From: Podarcis vaucheri
Taxonomy: Eukaryota
Length of the DNA: 64,000 nucleotides
Strand: one strand, 5' to 3'
NCBI GenBank assembly: GCA_965113315.1
Contig: OZ220377.1
The position numbers were made by a program, and so were the translations under genes. The notes beneath the pieces were generated by a model. The model was given only the letters and a program-made list of their open reading frames with translations. It ran no database searches and was not told the origin of the DNA. Of this stretch, positions 22,208 to 36,316 are shown in pieces. The first letter of the stretch is position 1; each line of letters opens with the position of its first letter.

Positions 22208-24866
22208 CTTTATACACTTGCATGGCAGCTGAGGTGTCTAGGAAGGATAAAAATTCTACTAGCTTCTGTTTCTAGTAAGTTTTTATGTTTCAATGATTCA
22301 TCAGTCTTTCACCCTTCTTTAAAAGCATTGCTAATCTTAATGATACTTTGTGACATTTTCACAGGTTAGTTATCTATTGGGTAAACAAAGGAAGTGGGGG
22401 TTTAATTCCTCTTCAAAAGAGTGTTGACATTCACTTTTCCTGAATGCCTGTTTGGTCTTAAACAAAGAAAATAGAAGCTTTAAGCAGCTTGATGCAGAGT
22501 TGGAGCTTTAAACTCTGGTTACATGGTCACTTAAGTCATTTATTATAAGTTGTAGCACTTCACATATATATGGGAAGATATAGGTCTCTATATAGGACCA
22601 GATAGTTGTCTAAATTCAGTGAGTGAAGTCTTCTTAATTTGCTGTGGGTATGCAACTAAATTTGCTGTGATTATACTGCTACGGGGAAGTTGATCTCTCC
22701 AACATGCTCATAGAGATCTTAGATCAAGAAGATTTCATAGTAGATTTGTAAGATTATAAGAGACCTGAAGATCCATTTCTAGATCAAGGCCTGCACTGAA
22801 TCAGGATCCTGCGTGCTCCTTAAAACAAAATGTATTATTTAATATAGCAGTTTGAGATCATTCCAGATGATATGGTATATCGTAATAGCAAGGGCCACAC
22901 AGCAATCAAAATAGATGTCCACTGGAGAAGAAACAACTTAATACAAACACAGAACATTCAAGCAATCAAGAATCATTCCTTTTTCTTCAGTCTTCTGCTC
23001 TGCACCTTCTCAAATGCTTGGGGCATATAATGGAAAAAAGTAGGCATATAGGAATAAATGGAAAAAGTAGAAACACAAAATGCAAATTAACACACACCCC
23101 ACAACCCAGTAGGTTCTTAATATTTAAACATCATAACAAATGACAGTGATTCTGAAAGATCCTTCAGCTTGGGTGAATCCTGCCAGAAGAAGGTTTTCTT
23201 CTGTTGAAGGGACTGCTGAGAATACATCTTTGTCCAATTTTGTAGTCTCCATGCTTTCCATATCAAACCAATTCCATGCCACAAAGATTTTGTGCCATGC
23301 TTGTATATGTTGTTGGTAACCATTTCTACAGTTTTTCAGAGGTCATTCAGCTCAGGCACTGAATCAAGATTGTCCACTGATCCATGTAGTATTTTCAGTT
23401 GCACATTCACACATTCATTTGCATTTGAAATGTATCTGTGAACTCATTACTGCATTTCTTTATAACTCCTTCCACACCATTGCCTGAGAATTGGGGTTTT
23501 GCAAGCCCAAAACTAGAGTGTGTTTTTTAATCATCATTATTATTAATTAAATTTCTATACTTCCCTTCATCCAAAGATCACAGGGCTGTTTACAATAGAA
23601 AAACTCAAAAATATGTGCAGTAATAACAACCAAAAACAACAACCTGCCCACACTGTAGATAAGCTGAGCTGTATTTAAGTGGGGTGAGTTTCCCTAAGGA
23701 GAGCTTATTCTCAAGTCCTAACAGTGTGGTTATAAATTACTTTATGTATGAGACATTAATCACAGTTAAAATAAGGTGTATGCAATAATTCAAACTACAC
23801 TGATTTTGTTTTTGTACTAAATATGAAATACTATGTGAATTTCTGCTTAAATTGTATTTTTGTATTCAACAACATCTATTGGGGGGTTAGTACATGGGGG
23901 TTCATTAATAGAGTAGGCACACGAGATTTTTTTTTAAAAAAATCAAGTTGTCTATTACTAGTGGGAACAAGCTTCTAAGCAATTTGGCTGGGATGCAAAA
24001 AGCTACCTTAGGAAAACTTGCATGTGCCAAGTAGCTTTTGGTTTGTTGATTGTGGTCCCACCCCACCCCCAACCTGCAACAGCCCCCAATAAGTAATGAT
24101 TTCTTATTTAGCCTGTGGACTGCTACTCAAGGAGCACTAATTCAAAGCGGCCTTGAGGTTGCAGAATGAGTTGCAATATCTATTATTCACTTGTGAATGA
24201 TCATATATTGCCTTCTTCAGCCAAAATGTGTGCAAGTCTTTTTGCCTTTGCAAAGGCACATGCTACAGCCTTTCTTAACTACGGTTTCCTGGTTTGTCTG
24301 AACTGGGCCACGATAGATATCTGCTTTGGAACAAGCCAGGATGTTGAACCATGGTTTGAAGTTGCTTTAACATTATGAGTTTTTGCAAAGTTGGTTCAGA
24401 CAACATCAAGACAAAGTGCAAAATTCTGTTCATATCTATTACTAGAAAGCAACAGATAGAATGGAATGGCACAGGGAAAATGCTATAGAGATCTTCATTT
24501 CCATGGCATCCTGGCCCTCGGGACTTTCCTATTGGGGTCCTGTTTGTTTTGAAACACCTTGTTCCTCTTTAGCATAAAATGTGAAAGTAGACTCTCCTGT
24601 GTATAATAAAATGTAATCATGTTTTACTAAAGTTCTGGCCAAGTGTCTGAACTTGCTCTTTCTGTTACAAAGGAAGTGTTGAGCACCTGCGCGCTAACAT
24701 GTTAAGAGTATTTTCAAATTCCCTCCAAAATACTTTGTTTTGTGAGTATAACACTGTAGTTCTCTTAGAAAAAATAAAGAAAAAATTGGGTCATAACCTA
24801 TATACTGCCTTTTTGACCTGGTTTGGCAAAGCCAACTTTTAAAATTCTTCTTGTAATTGGTTCTAG

Positions 24867-25004
<138 letters not shown>

Positions 25005-26109
25005 TAAACCTTCATGTTAAGGGTTTGAGTTTGTGAGAATTAAGCGCTGTGTCCCATGAAGTCCTGTATTGTAAGTTTTATCTTGTTGCTGTTGGTTGGA
25101 GTTTTTATGTGGCAGTTTTATAAATCTGGCAGGTTTATAAATCTGGAAATAATTAAAAATCGGTATATATGAGATGAGGTTTTTACTTGGTTGTTTGTGA
25201 ACAATGACATCATAATGGTTTTGAATAATTCATTAATTCACAGGGACTGAACTCCCATTAACTTGAACAGCCACAGACAAGGAAAGCTAGACATCTGGCA
25301 GATTCCCCAGTCAGCCCAAGACCCTTGTTGACAGGAACAGACACCCAGTAGGTTTTAAGTTAGAGTGCAGGGAATATGTTTAGTGTGGAAGTTCAGCCAC
25401 TTGATGATACTGCCTCTCTCATAGCCACCATAAGGCCAGGTCCAGATGGGTCAGAATTATTTCATCTTTTATAGCATCCTGTTTGTTATGAAATATGCAA
25501 TTTGACCTGAATGCTTCTGTGACAATGGCCAGGTTTGCCCATCGCAGTCAGGAGCTCCAAGTGAATCTGATGTCTAGCCAAAGTGAAACAGTGCGAATGC
25601 AAGCTGTACTTGCAAAGGAACAATTAAGAATGTACCCTACAGTTACTGATTGTTCCTTTCTGAGCTCAGCTTGCAATCAGTGCTGTTTAACTTTGGTGCC
25701 AAAGGGAAGCCACCCTGTTTTTGCCTGGGGGTCAGAGTCACCTGATGATGTCAAAAGGGTGACCTCACCCATTCATCAGACGTGGCCCATGGAGGGTTGG
25801 CTGCAATGTGATCTGGTTCTCTGGCAGAAAATAGTTGCATATGCCTATGTCAAACCATAGTTATATTTACTGAGAATAAGTAGCATGCTTCTGCACACTG
25901 CTTAAAAGTGCCCTCTTCACACTATTCCTATTCCTGGCCATGCCACACGGGGAGCAACAGACCACAAGCTATGGCTTGTTGTGTCACCTAACCCAGGCTT
26001 GTGGTTTGTTTCTCTCCAAACTGCAAGCTGTAAGCCAAGGTAGGGGAAGAGTGAAGCAGGAATTTTGAGCAGCGTGTACAAACCCACAGCTTGCTTGCAT
26101 CTGCTATTA

Positions 26110-26363
26110 CAGTCATACCTCGGGTTGAATACGCTTCGGGTTAGGCAAATTCGGGTTGTGCTCCGCTGCGACCCGGAAGTAACGGAGCACGTTAATTCTA
26201 GGTTTCGCCACGCGCGCATGCACAGACCGTCAAAATGACGTCACACGCATGCGCAGAGGCGCCAAAATGTGGCATGCACAGACACGCGGACATGGGTTAC
26301 ATTCACTTCGGGATGCGAACGGGGCTCTGGAACGGATCCTGTTCGCATCCTGAGGTACCACTG
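26110..26363. mobile_element. Tc1/mariner (Tigger-like) MITE
   Basis: TA TSD at 26108-26109 and 26364-26365; termini CAGTCATACCTCGG / CTGAGGTACCACTG. Confidence 0.85.
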
Positions 26364-26895
26364 TATGTAATGTGATGTGTGATCACAGCCAATTAGAATT
26401 CAATACAGTAGTACAATCTACAAAATAAATTTCCTAGAGTGGAAAAGAGAACTGTCTAAAACTGAGCTAAAGCTTTGGATGTGGATTTTGCTAGTGTGTG
26501 TTTTAACTGGAGAACTTTTTTTAGAAATCTGCTTGGTTTAACCTGATTTTCTTTCCCCCATTATGGTACTTGATTTGCTCTAAACCTTGATTGTGTGAAG
26601 GTGGGAAATCATTCTTTCAGGCATGACTCCATCACTTTGTTTTAATGTGTTAGCCTGATGCTGCTAGAGTGTTTGGGTTGCTAATGCTTAAATCTGAACC
26701 CAAGGGCCCATTTATGCTACAGATGTGACTAGTATAGATTTGTTTTCAATGTCATTGCTTCCCCCAAAGTTTCCAGGAGGTGTTGTTTGTCAAGGTTCTG
26801 AGAACTATTTTGTAGGCTTCCCTAGTTCTCAGCTTCCTTATGGGGAGCCATTAAATTTGCTTAAAATGTTTACATGCCCTAAACTGTTTGTTATT

Positions 26896-26900
<5 letters not shown>

Positions 26901-26928
<28 letters not shown>
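26901..26928. repeat. (CA)n microsatellite
   Basis: About 14 CA units. Confidence 0.9.
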
Positions 26929-26931
<3 letters not shown>

Positions 26932-27280
26932 AATTCAGTGTCACAGGCAAGATTTTCATTGTAAGCACAAGTTAAGCATAAATTAAGTCTCCATCAAAGC
27001 TTTTCAAAGGCCGCATCCCCCCTATTAAACCTCACGTGCCTGATGGCAGGGCACATGCAGGAATCGGTCCAAATTATTATGTGATCAAGCATTCATCTCT
27101 ATATCAAAGTTAAAGCAGTGTTGTTTGTTTGTTTGTTTGGTGAACTTAGCTTTTATTTTGAGTAGGTAGCTGTTTGAAATGTGAAACAAAATATTAAGCT
27201 GAAGCTGAGAATGGGCATTCAGGTTTTGCTGTTCTATTTTGCATTTGGTGCCTTACATGAGCTGAAACATCATAATAGAG

Positions 27281-27401
27281 CAGGGGTAGCCAATGTAGTG
27301 CTGTTGGTCTTAAATTCCCATCATCACTAGCCATTAGCCATGCTGGCTGGGACTTATGGAGTCCAATGATATTTGGGAGGGAACCTTGCTGGCTGTCCCT
27401 G
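27281..27401. mobile_element. hAT-type hairpin MITE, decayed full-length copy
   Basis: Termini CAGGGGTAGCCA / TGGCTGTCCCTG, imperfect 8-bp TSD TAATAGAG / CAATACAG, internal aattcccatcatc. Confidence 0.65.
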
Positions 27402-30400
27402 CAATACAGTAAACGCATAATCAAATATAGATGCTGAATATGTGGATAAAGGATACAGTTCAAGAATGCTTCCCGAACTATGCCTAATGAATTGAACAGA
27501 ACTTATTCCAGAACACATCTGCGTGGAATAAAATGCCAGTAGATTGTATCCAATGTAAATTTAAACAGGAGTTTTAGTTCTGAGCCATCTTGTATGCTCT
27601 GTGTCCCAGTGACATTAATGGATTGTTCCCATTAAGTGTTGATGCCTCAAGCAAAATAGGAATCTTCCTGCTGTTTAAGAGGGAAGATTTGATTTAATGA
27701 GGTCTGTCTTGTTAGTTTTAATTTTACCATCAGAAATAGTCTAGTGGTTCAGCTTTATTAAATCAAGTCTTAATCTTGACAGCAACCTATAATTCAAGGG
27801 ATACAATTCTAATAGTATGAAACAAACATGTTACTTTGGGCTGTTTTTTAAAAAAATTAACCTGGAGTGCACAAAGGAGAGTTGTTCCAGTAGTCAAAAG
27901 AATATAATAACTGTCTTGCAGTCTGCAATCTTGATGTAAAAGTGGCTAGTTACCACCACTCATATTTCCCCACCCCAAAACAATCTCCACTTTTCAAGAA
28001 TTTGCAGTTTTTATTAATAAGCAACCTCCTTTTAAAACTCCTATGCATGTTGGGATTGCAGGTAGACGTTACTGCTCACAGGTCAGCTAGGAGCCAAATG
28101 TGCATGCAAACAAGAAATATATGGTGACTAATCTCACATTGAGCAATAATGAGAGGGTATCACACTCATTCCCATTATATGCTTATATAATGATTTCATA
28201 TTTAAAAGAGGGAAGGGAGAGTAGGCTAGGTTAATGGCAAGGTTAATGTGACCTTTTCCATTTGCTTTGGACACCATAGCAGATAGATCCTACCGCTTTG
28301 GGTTCCCTTTTTATTTCTATCTGCCTGTGAATCATTTCCCTCCAAGGTAGCCCCCGTTAGCCTTTTCTGCAGGAAAGGAAGGCAGAAAACATACTGACCT
28401 GCCCCTCTGTTGGATGGAGGCATCTGGTGCATCCCCTAGCACTGCCCAAGAAAACCTGCAAGAGAGACCAGCAGGAGCTAAGTTAGTGGGGAAGCTTAGC
28501 AGCTTGGGCACCACTTTTCTCCTGAGAAAGGCCACTGGGGAGCTTTCAGGTATAACCTTACCTCCAAGCAGCCAAGAAACCTTCCTGCAAGAAGGGTGGG
28601 GAGCTTGCTACCTTGACTTCTTTGAAGTATCTCTCCTCCAGCAACCAAACCCTCCCAGTCTTGGAACTGGGGAGAGGGCAGAGATAGCTGCTTAAGCATT
28701 GGGATTATCCCTACCCACCTCTACAGCTTCAGATTTGGGGGCGTGACTGACTGCTTGTCACCCTTACCAGAGGGTGGTTACACAGTTACCTTGGCAATAG
28801 AAAAGGTTGCCACCTGAATTCTGATACCAAAACTGTTCACTTTGGGCAGGACATGAAACTTGATTACGGAATCCAGATTAAATTCTGGTCATGTTTTGTT
28901 GATGGTGGTACAAAATAATGTTATGACTTCTGGTAATTCACTAATACAATTTATTACAATTATTAAAAGCATTTCTATCTTGCCTTTTATTGGTAAGCCC
29001 ATTGGATATTTTAACATTAAATGAACTTAACATTCATTTAGTGCCAGCAGTGCACTCTCTGTCATGATGGTTTGCAATCTGTATTAGATTGAGCAGAGGC
29101 AGAGGCCAGATTTGGAAAAAGTATTTGAAATTCTCAGGAGATGATACAATTCCACAGCATTAGCCCTGCACAGAGCTGAAAAATAGTTTGCGTTCCTAGG
29201 TGCCAACATCACATTTTTTTGTATTCAGTTAGGGTCCTGGTAAAAGAAGCTTCATAAAAGAGTAGAGAGGATGTATTAACTGAAAATACAAAAAGCTAAA
29301 ATCTATTGTAGCATCAGAGCTAGTAGACTAGCTTTTTGCTTAGGTTTATGTGGATTCCTAAGAATATGTATTGTAAAATAACCAATTTTAAAAGGAATCT
29401 TAGTTTCAAGACTGAAAAATCCTGATCAGCACTTCAGAGTTTAAGGAGAGTTTATTCTGCAATCTCATTCTATGAGCTGTTAAAAAAGTTACCAGCCAGA
29501 TAACCTATTCGGTGAGAACTTTGAGGCTCACTTTGTGTTTTGTCTTGTGTGACAAAGCAAGGCTTAAAAGAAAGTGTCCAGGAAAAAGACGACAATGTAA
29601 TGAGAGGATAATCGGGGCCAACATACCTTGGATATGTATGTAAAGATATTTGAGTTCCTTAACAAAAATAGTTAAAATTAAAATAAATAAACTTAAGTAG
29701 GAAAAAATGCACAAGGAAGACTTAGCATGCCGTGTGTGAATGAATGAATGAAGAGTAGAATGCACCATTTGAACTTCCAATCATTTATTTGGTTTTGCTT
29801 TCTTATGTTAATGTCCTTTGTCATGGAACCCAAGATGGTGTACGTGTGGTTCCCAGGTGGCCACTATGCAGGTGCTGATTTGACCCAGACCTGCCTTGCA
29901 GACCTGCTTAGCTTCAGCAGGGCAGCGATCTCATGTGCATTCACATCATACTCATATAGCAAGGGTAGTCAATGAGATGTCCTCCAGATGCTGTTGAATG
30001 ACAACTCCCATTATCCTTCACCATTGGCCATACTGGATGGGGCCGGTGGGAATTGTCCATTAGCATCTGGTGAAGCACCACATTGACTGTCGTATAATAC
30101 CAAGGAGGAGAACATGGCTGTCAGACAAGAGCATTCCCATTACTAGGGGATGCGTGTACACTACTGTTCATTGTTAATAAGGTCCCATTTATTAGATATA
30201 GCTTTTGATTTACATTCATGTTGCTGTTTTATAAGAGTACTTACTCAACTTGACCTTCCCAGAGAGAAGGCCTGAATAACAATGATTCTGATATTGTATA
30301 AGTGGATTCTCATGATTCATCAAACTCTTGAGACCCTGTCTCCAAGATTAAGAACACATTGCATTGTGGTGGTTTTTTCTCTTTTTCCCTCCCACAGTAT

Positions 30401-30796
30401 CTGTTACTTACCTTAGAGCATCATGAACACCCATGCTAAGACCCCAGATGCTATCTAGTCTCCTGGTAATTTAGGAGTTGAGCAAAGCAATTGCTTGGGT
30501 GTATTGGCTGAAGTCCTGCTGCCTTTAGACTAAGTCTTAAAATTGGTCCTGGGAAATCTCAACATCCTCTTAACGAACTTCATGGCCAAGAAACAAAAAC
30601 TCTGTCTAGGCACTAATTTAAGGAGCTGCTTAATCATACTTTTAAATTAGAATATTTGTAGCATGAGAATATTAGGCTTTTAAAGGCCACCTGTGATGTG
30701 TTTTGTGAGACAGGGGTGTTACTGAGAAATTTCTAGGGTTTTGTTTTTAAAATTCTTTTCACCTATTAAACTAATGTGTGATTTTTCCATCAATAG

Positions 30797-30860
30797 GTAA
30801 TGGAGACCAAAAGCATGTTGTACCTTGTGACAGAATATGCCAAAAATGGAGAAATTTTTG
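30797..30860 (+). CDS. SIK2: SIK2 coding exon 3
   Basis: caatag|GTA...TTTG|gtaagt; 64 nt; [21 protein letters not shown](D) (gatekeeper/hinge). Confidence 0.97.
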
Positions 30861-31829
30861 GTAAGTCTTTTCGCTTAAAAATAGCTTGATAGTTTATTTC
30901 AGCAGCTAAATACTGTGAGTTGTGGGAGGATTGTTTTCATTCTAAAAATAGAAGCTTTAGATCAACTTTTTACTGCACTCACTTCTCTTTTAAAGGAGGT
31001 TTTCATATAAAACTAATTCATGAGCATTACGTCTTGCTCAGTAGGTTAGCAAATAAAATGTGTTGTAGGCCAGTTTGTCATTTCACAATAGTGTTGACTC
31101 TTGGCAGTTGAAAGTTGTTAAAATATTAGTATATTTCCAATCAGAAAACTGGTTTTCTTGTCTTTCCACTTATCTATTATTGTTCTTATATGGAGTTCTT
31201 ATCATTTAGCCTTGCCACTGAATAAATAGAAGTTCCCCATTTGTACAAACTGACCTGTGCTTTTGATAAATTTGTAAGACACTGTGTAGTGGCAGGATTG
31301 CCATGCAGCTTGTCAGGGAAATGCTGTGGAGCTTTTAGAGACAGGGCTATTCTCAAGATGGCAACTTAACATCCATAAGTGAAAGTGGTAGCTTTGAAAA
31401 TAAATTGTCCTGAATATGTATTGCATATAAGTATTTGAATCAACCACTTTTCAACAACAACAAATTCAGAGCAGTTTCCATAAGAAAATAGGGCAACAAT
31501 TTCATTTGTCCTGTTCCATCAGCAGCTCCTGACTTTCCGAACCTGTGGAGGAACCTGCTGGAGATGAGGAAGGGTTTCCATAGGGAAGAAAATAGCCCCA
31601 TACCTTAGAAGGTTGTTGCCAAGCACCAGGCCTGAATAACACTATGTTAGTGTCCAAAGAGGGCAAGGGCTTCTGGTTTCCTGCACAGATGTTATCATTG
31701 GCCCCTGGCTCCCAGAACTCTTGGTGGAATAAGTTTCTGGAGGTGCTGGGAGAACAGTGGTGTAAAAATAAGTCCTCTTCTTTCCCCTACCTGCTTCCAA
31801 CAGTACCCCAAGGCTTTTTTTGAATAATG

Positions 31830-33680
31830 ATACATAATTTTGGTCCAGGAGCAGAGTTCAGGAACCTGGTATATTGGGATAAAGAACCTGTTGACATCTC
31901 TGGGGAATCAATAGCTTTTTGTTACCTTTCCTTTGGATACTTCATTGATTTTATTCTGCATTTTAGTCAGGGAGGCGATTGTACATTCCCAGTACTTAAT
32001 TACTGTTGGGTCCCAGTATCACCATACACAGTGATTCTGCGGAATCTGCCCCTTTTGAAGTTTCTACATTGACAATATTTTCTTTAATGTACAATGACAC
32101 TACCCCCAGTGTGCCCTTCCCTATTCTTTCTGTAGAGTTTGTATCCAGAGATAACTGTGTCCCACTAGTTCTTTCTTATGTCACCAAATTTCCATTAATA
32201 CCCCCTATATCCGTGCTCTTTCTTAGTACCAAGTACTTCAGCTGGCCAGTCTTGGCTTTGGCATTGTGTTTACCCTATGGTCCTTTGGGATCTTTGAATT
32301 GCTATCGTGTACCCTTGCACTTGAAATGCCTAGTTCTTCTCTCTCCTTTGAGCAATCATGAACATTTTCACCTTCATCCCTGGAGGATAATTTGTTCTGA
32401 ACTGGATGCTCCTCAGCTGCTGTTGGCTCTCCCCTAGCAATCAGTTTAAAAGATGCTCTGCCACCTTTTCAATTTAAAGCACCAACAGTCTGGTTCCATT
32501 CTGGTTCAAGTGGAGTCCATCCATTTTGTACAAGCCAAACTCATTCCCAAACATTTCCCAGCACCTAAGGGACGCGGGTGGCGCTGTGGGCCAAACCACA
32601 GAGCCTAGGATTTGCCAATCAGAAGGTCGGCGGTTCGAATCCCCATGACGGGGTGAGCTCCCATTGCTCGGTCCCAGCTCCTACCAACCTAGCAGTTTGA
32701 AAGCACCTCAAAGTGCAATTAAATAAATCGGTACCGCTCTGGCGGGAAGGTAAATGGTGTTTCCGTGCCAGAAGCGGCTTAGTCATGCTGGCCACATGAC
32801 CCAGAAGCTGTACAATGGCTCCCTCAGCCAATAAAGCGAGATGAGCACCGCAACCCCAGAGTCGGCCACGACTGGACCTAATGGTCAGGGGTCCCTTTAC
32901 ATTTTTAACAAATCAATAACCTTTTCCTAACACCACCATCCCATCCATAAATTGAGATTGCACCACTATGTCTGTCTATCTTGCTCTCTGCATGGAACAG
33001 TTAGTTCTTCTGAGAAAGCTGCCTTGAAGCTCCTGGCTTTCAACCTCCTATCTAGTAACCTAGATTTGTTTTCTAAACACCAGGACAGCATGATTACAGT
33101 TCCCCACATCACTGGTGCCAAGAGGCACCATAAGCACTGACTCCTCCCCAGAACCATCTAACAGGCCATCAAAACAACTCATAACATATGCAGCCTTCAC
33201 ACCAGCCAGGCAAGTCACTATGCATTGACCTCCATTGCTTATCTAATTATGTCCCTAATGTTCAAATCACCCACTAATAAGAAGGTTATCATCAGTGTGA
33301 GAGGATAGCTGCTTAGACTATCCCCCAAACCCCGGGATTATTTCCTGAGAGTGACATCTTCCTCCCAGAGACCATTATTCGCGGTAACAGCAGAGAAGCT
33401 TTCGCCTTGCGAACCGGGTGCAGGTATCACAACCCTGAAGGCCTTAGCTACTAACCTCTGGCTTTCTCAGCTTCTTAAGGTCAACCACCATGGCCTCAAG
33501 GGAACAAAATCATTCCCTGTGGGCCAGGAGCTTATTGCTCTGAACACCTACCCACAACTGCATCCAGCATGCAGATAGTCGTATAGTCCCCACACTTGAT
33601 CTTGCATGTATAGCAAGCTTAGTTATTGAAGCCTATCCATGTCTTAGTGACAGGATCTCCTCCTAGGGAGCAGTGGGCCA
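31830..33680 (-). mobile_element. Decayed CR1 LINE, 5' portion (ORF1 esterase plus ORF2 endonuclease), interrupted by a Sauria SINE
   Basis: Minus-strand translations: LLVGDLNI (GDSL-like, near 33270), LENKSRLLDRRLKARSFKAAFSEELTVP (33000-33080), GLYKMDGLHLNQNGTRLL (32480-32540), then ISGYKLYRKNREGHTGGSV (APE domain, 32095-32155). Boundaries approximate. Confidence 0.8.
32569..32900 (+). mobile_element. Sauria SINE
   Basis: GGGACGCGGGTGGCGCTGTGG A-box head, GGTTCGAATCC B-box, 3' gactggacctaatggtcaggggtccctttac; near-identical to three other copies in the window. Confidence 0.92.
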
Positions 33681-34649
33681 GAAATAGTTCCACCAAAGAA
33701 TCAGAGCTCATGTTCTAGTAAGTAAGTTGTGGTCATTGATGACTTACATCATGGTAGAAAACATGGTCCATGTGAATTTTCAGGATTGGTGCTGAATAAG
33801 ATTGCTCAACCTCTGTCACAAGATGGCTGTCTCTTTGCTCCATGGTTTATTTTCTGTTGCTGTTTGCAAGTTTTTGTGGGCTTCTTTAAAACCTGATAAA
33901 ACAAAAACCTGTGAGATGTTCTGTTGTGAGCACACATTTGAGTCAGGGTCTCTGTTATCACCAACTGAAACTCAGAAAACTCTGGTCATTATTCAGTACT
34001 GATTTAAACTTAAAAACAAGTTCTCTGGAAACCAAATGTTCTGGCATTGGTGGTCTTAGAAGAGACTAGGTGAATTTGAAGCCATGCTTCTTTAATTTCT
34101 AAGGTGCTTATTTAATTTCTAAAATGATGATTACGTCTCTATGTGAATCCTGCCTATCTGACCTAGAAACACTTTCCCATCATTGCCTTATTCCAGATGT
34201 ATGAGGGCAGATTGTTGTTAGTGGTAAGAGAAAAGCACTGCATACGTTCAGGAATACTGTATTATTTTGCTGGATTTTTATTGCAGCAGTATAGGCTTAA
34301 ATGGAGCACTAGTTGTACAAGAAAGTTATGGAAGCTCTTTGGAGAAAGATGTTGAAGCATTGTTTTGAGCTGGCTTTAATCTACTTAATCCACCTTCGTG
34401 TGTGGTGGCAGGATAGGATAACCCTTTGGGTGCCTTCCAGACTTCCATTTGGTTTGGGCAAAAATATGGCAGATGATGGATGATACAGCTAAATGAAACT
34501 TCCTCATATACCATGTATCTCAGGCATGCGTTACAGTATAATGCTTCCAAGCACATGGTTTGAATAATGAATAATTGTGCGTTAAAAATTGCTGCAGATG
34601 GACTGTTCTGGGTAGCTTCAATTTCAGAGCAGCATTTTTGGTTTACTAG

Positions 34650-34800
34650 AGCCAGTGTGGTGTATAGGTGCTAGAATGTTGGATGAAGATCCGGGAGACA
34701 CTAATTCCAAGTCCTCACACAGACATGAAGGTCACTGGGTAATCTTGGGCCAGTTGCCATCTCCCAGGATTGTTGGGATTAAAATGGTGGTTGTGGGGAA
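34650..34800 (+). mobile_element. Old tRNA-derived (MIR/CORE-like) SINE
   Basis: gtgtggtgtataggtgctagaatgttgga...ccgggagac...tcactgggtaatcttgggccagtt resembles a CORE-SINE head and core. Confidence 0.5.
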
Positions 34801-34971
34801 ACCCATGTATGCCACCCTGAGTTCTATGCAAGTAGAGATAAAATACAAGAAGCAGAGATAAAATACAATAAGGAAATAAATGAGAGCTCTTCTGGGAAAG
34901 CACAATGATATGTGGCAATTTTATTTATAGTCTGTTGTCATAATGTTCTCCCTGCTAGATGTAACCATGTA

Positions 34972-35196
34972 CAGTGGTACCTCAGGTTACAAACACCTTG
35001 AGTTACAAACACTTTGGGTTACAGACTCCGCTAACCCAGAAGTAGTACCTCGGGTTAAGAACTTTACCTCAGGATGAGAACAGAAATCGTGCAGCGGGAG
35101 GCCCCATTAGCTAAAGTGGTACCTCAGGTTAAGAACGGTTTCAGGTTCAGAATGGACCTCCGGAACTAATTAAGTTTGTAACCAGAGGTACCACTG
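34972..35196. mobile_element. Tc1/mariner MITE, 225 bp
   Basis: TA TSD; TIR CAGTGGTACCTC(A/T)GGTTAC / GTAACCAGAGGTACCACTG; same family as 51153-52490 in opposite orientation. Confidence 0.92.
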
Positions 35197-36316
35197 TAAA
35201 TCGTTCACACCAGTTTCTGCGTAGCCTAAATTGGGAGAATTTCAGTTATACCTTTCATACCTCCACAGCAGGATGGGGTAAACTCCAGGAGTCCGTTGCT
35301 GGTTTTGAGGATGTTGTGTGTTGTGGTATTGTACTCCTTAAATATCCTCCAATATGGCAGTGTGGCCCTCTAGATTCTATCCCTGACCATTGGCAGTGCT
35401 GGCTGGGGCTGATGGGAGTTGGAATCCAACAATGTATAGAGGGCCAAAGATTCCCCACTCCTTCTTTAAAGGTCAAATCTTACTGTGCATACTTGTGTTA
35501 AGTATATATCACATGCTCCTCTGGCATAGTATGGAAGGCAGAATTCCTTGGTTCTGGCTCACTACGAGGAAGGTAGCCTGATGTGTAGTACTCCTTGTTT
35601 TCTGTGCCCTGAAGTATGAAATGTGAGCAAGTCCCTGCTGTCCCTTCTTTGCATACTGTATCTTCAGTGCTTAGCAGAAAATCCCATGGGAGGAAATTCC
35701 AGTTTGCAAGGACAAAGCTCATGTTCTTTTATTTTTGATCAGTTTCTCTTTCTGCAGTGGTGGTAGTTAGATTATATCTGTGTAGTGTAAATGAGATTTC
35801 CTGTAATTCAAGGGTGCGGAACCTTTTTCACTCAAAGGCTGCATTCCCTTGCAGCCAGCCTTCTAGGGGGAGCGTGCCGATGGGGGTGGACCCCAAAGTG
35901 GTGTTGCTAAAGTGGGCAGGGCCAGAACTGGTAGTGGGCAGGGCTAACTCACACATCCACAAAGCCTGCGCCCCCATTCATTTTTTTCCTCACCCAAACT
36001 TCCATTTACTAGGTGTACAACTTCCCACCACCACAATTATGGTTGGAAGTTCATCCCCCCTCCAAGTCTCATTGTAATGTGGGTGCATTTTCAGTATAGA
36101 AGTCATAGGCCAACCTTTCCCTCCCCGACTGCAGCCCATCAAATGTATTTCACACCAAATACAGGTTTCAAGAAACCCTCCTGTTGGGTTTGGTTGGTGG
36201 TGGGGCAAGGAGGGGACGTTCTGGACCAAGTCTGGAGTCTCTGTGGGCCAGTGGTTCCTCATCTCTTCTGTAACACAGTGGTAATTATATTTAATGAGGT
36301 TAAGTACCAATAATAT

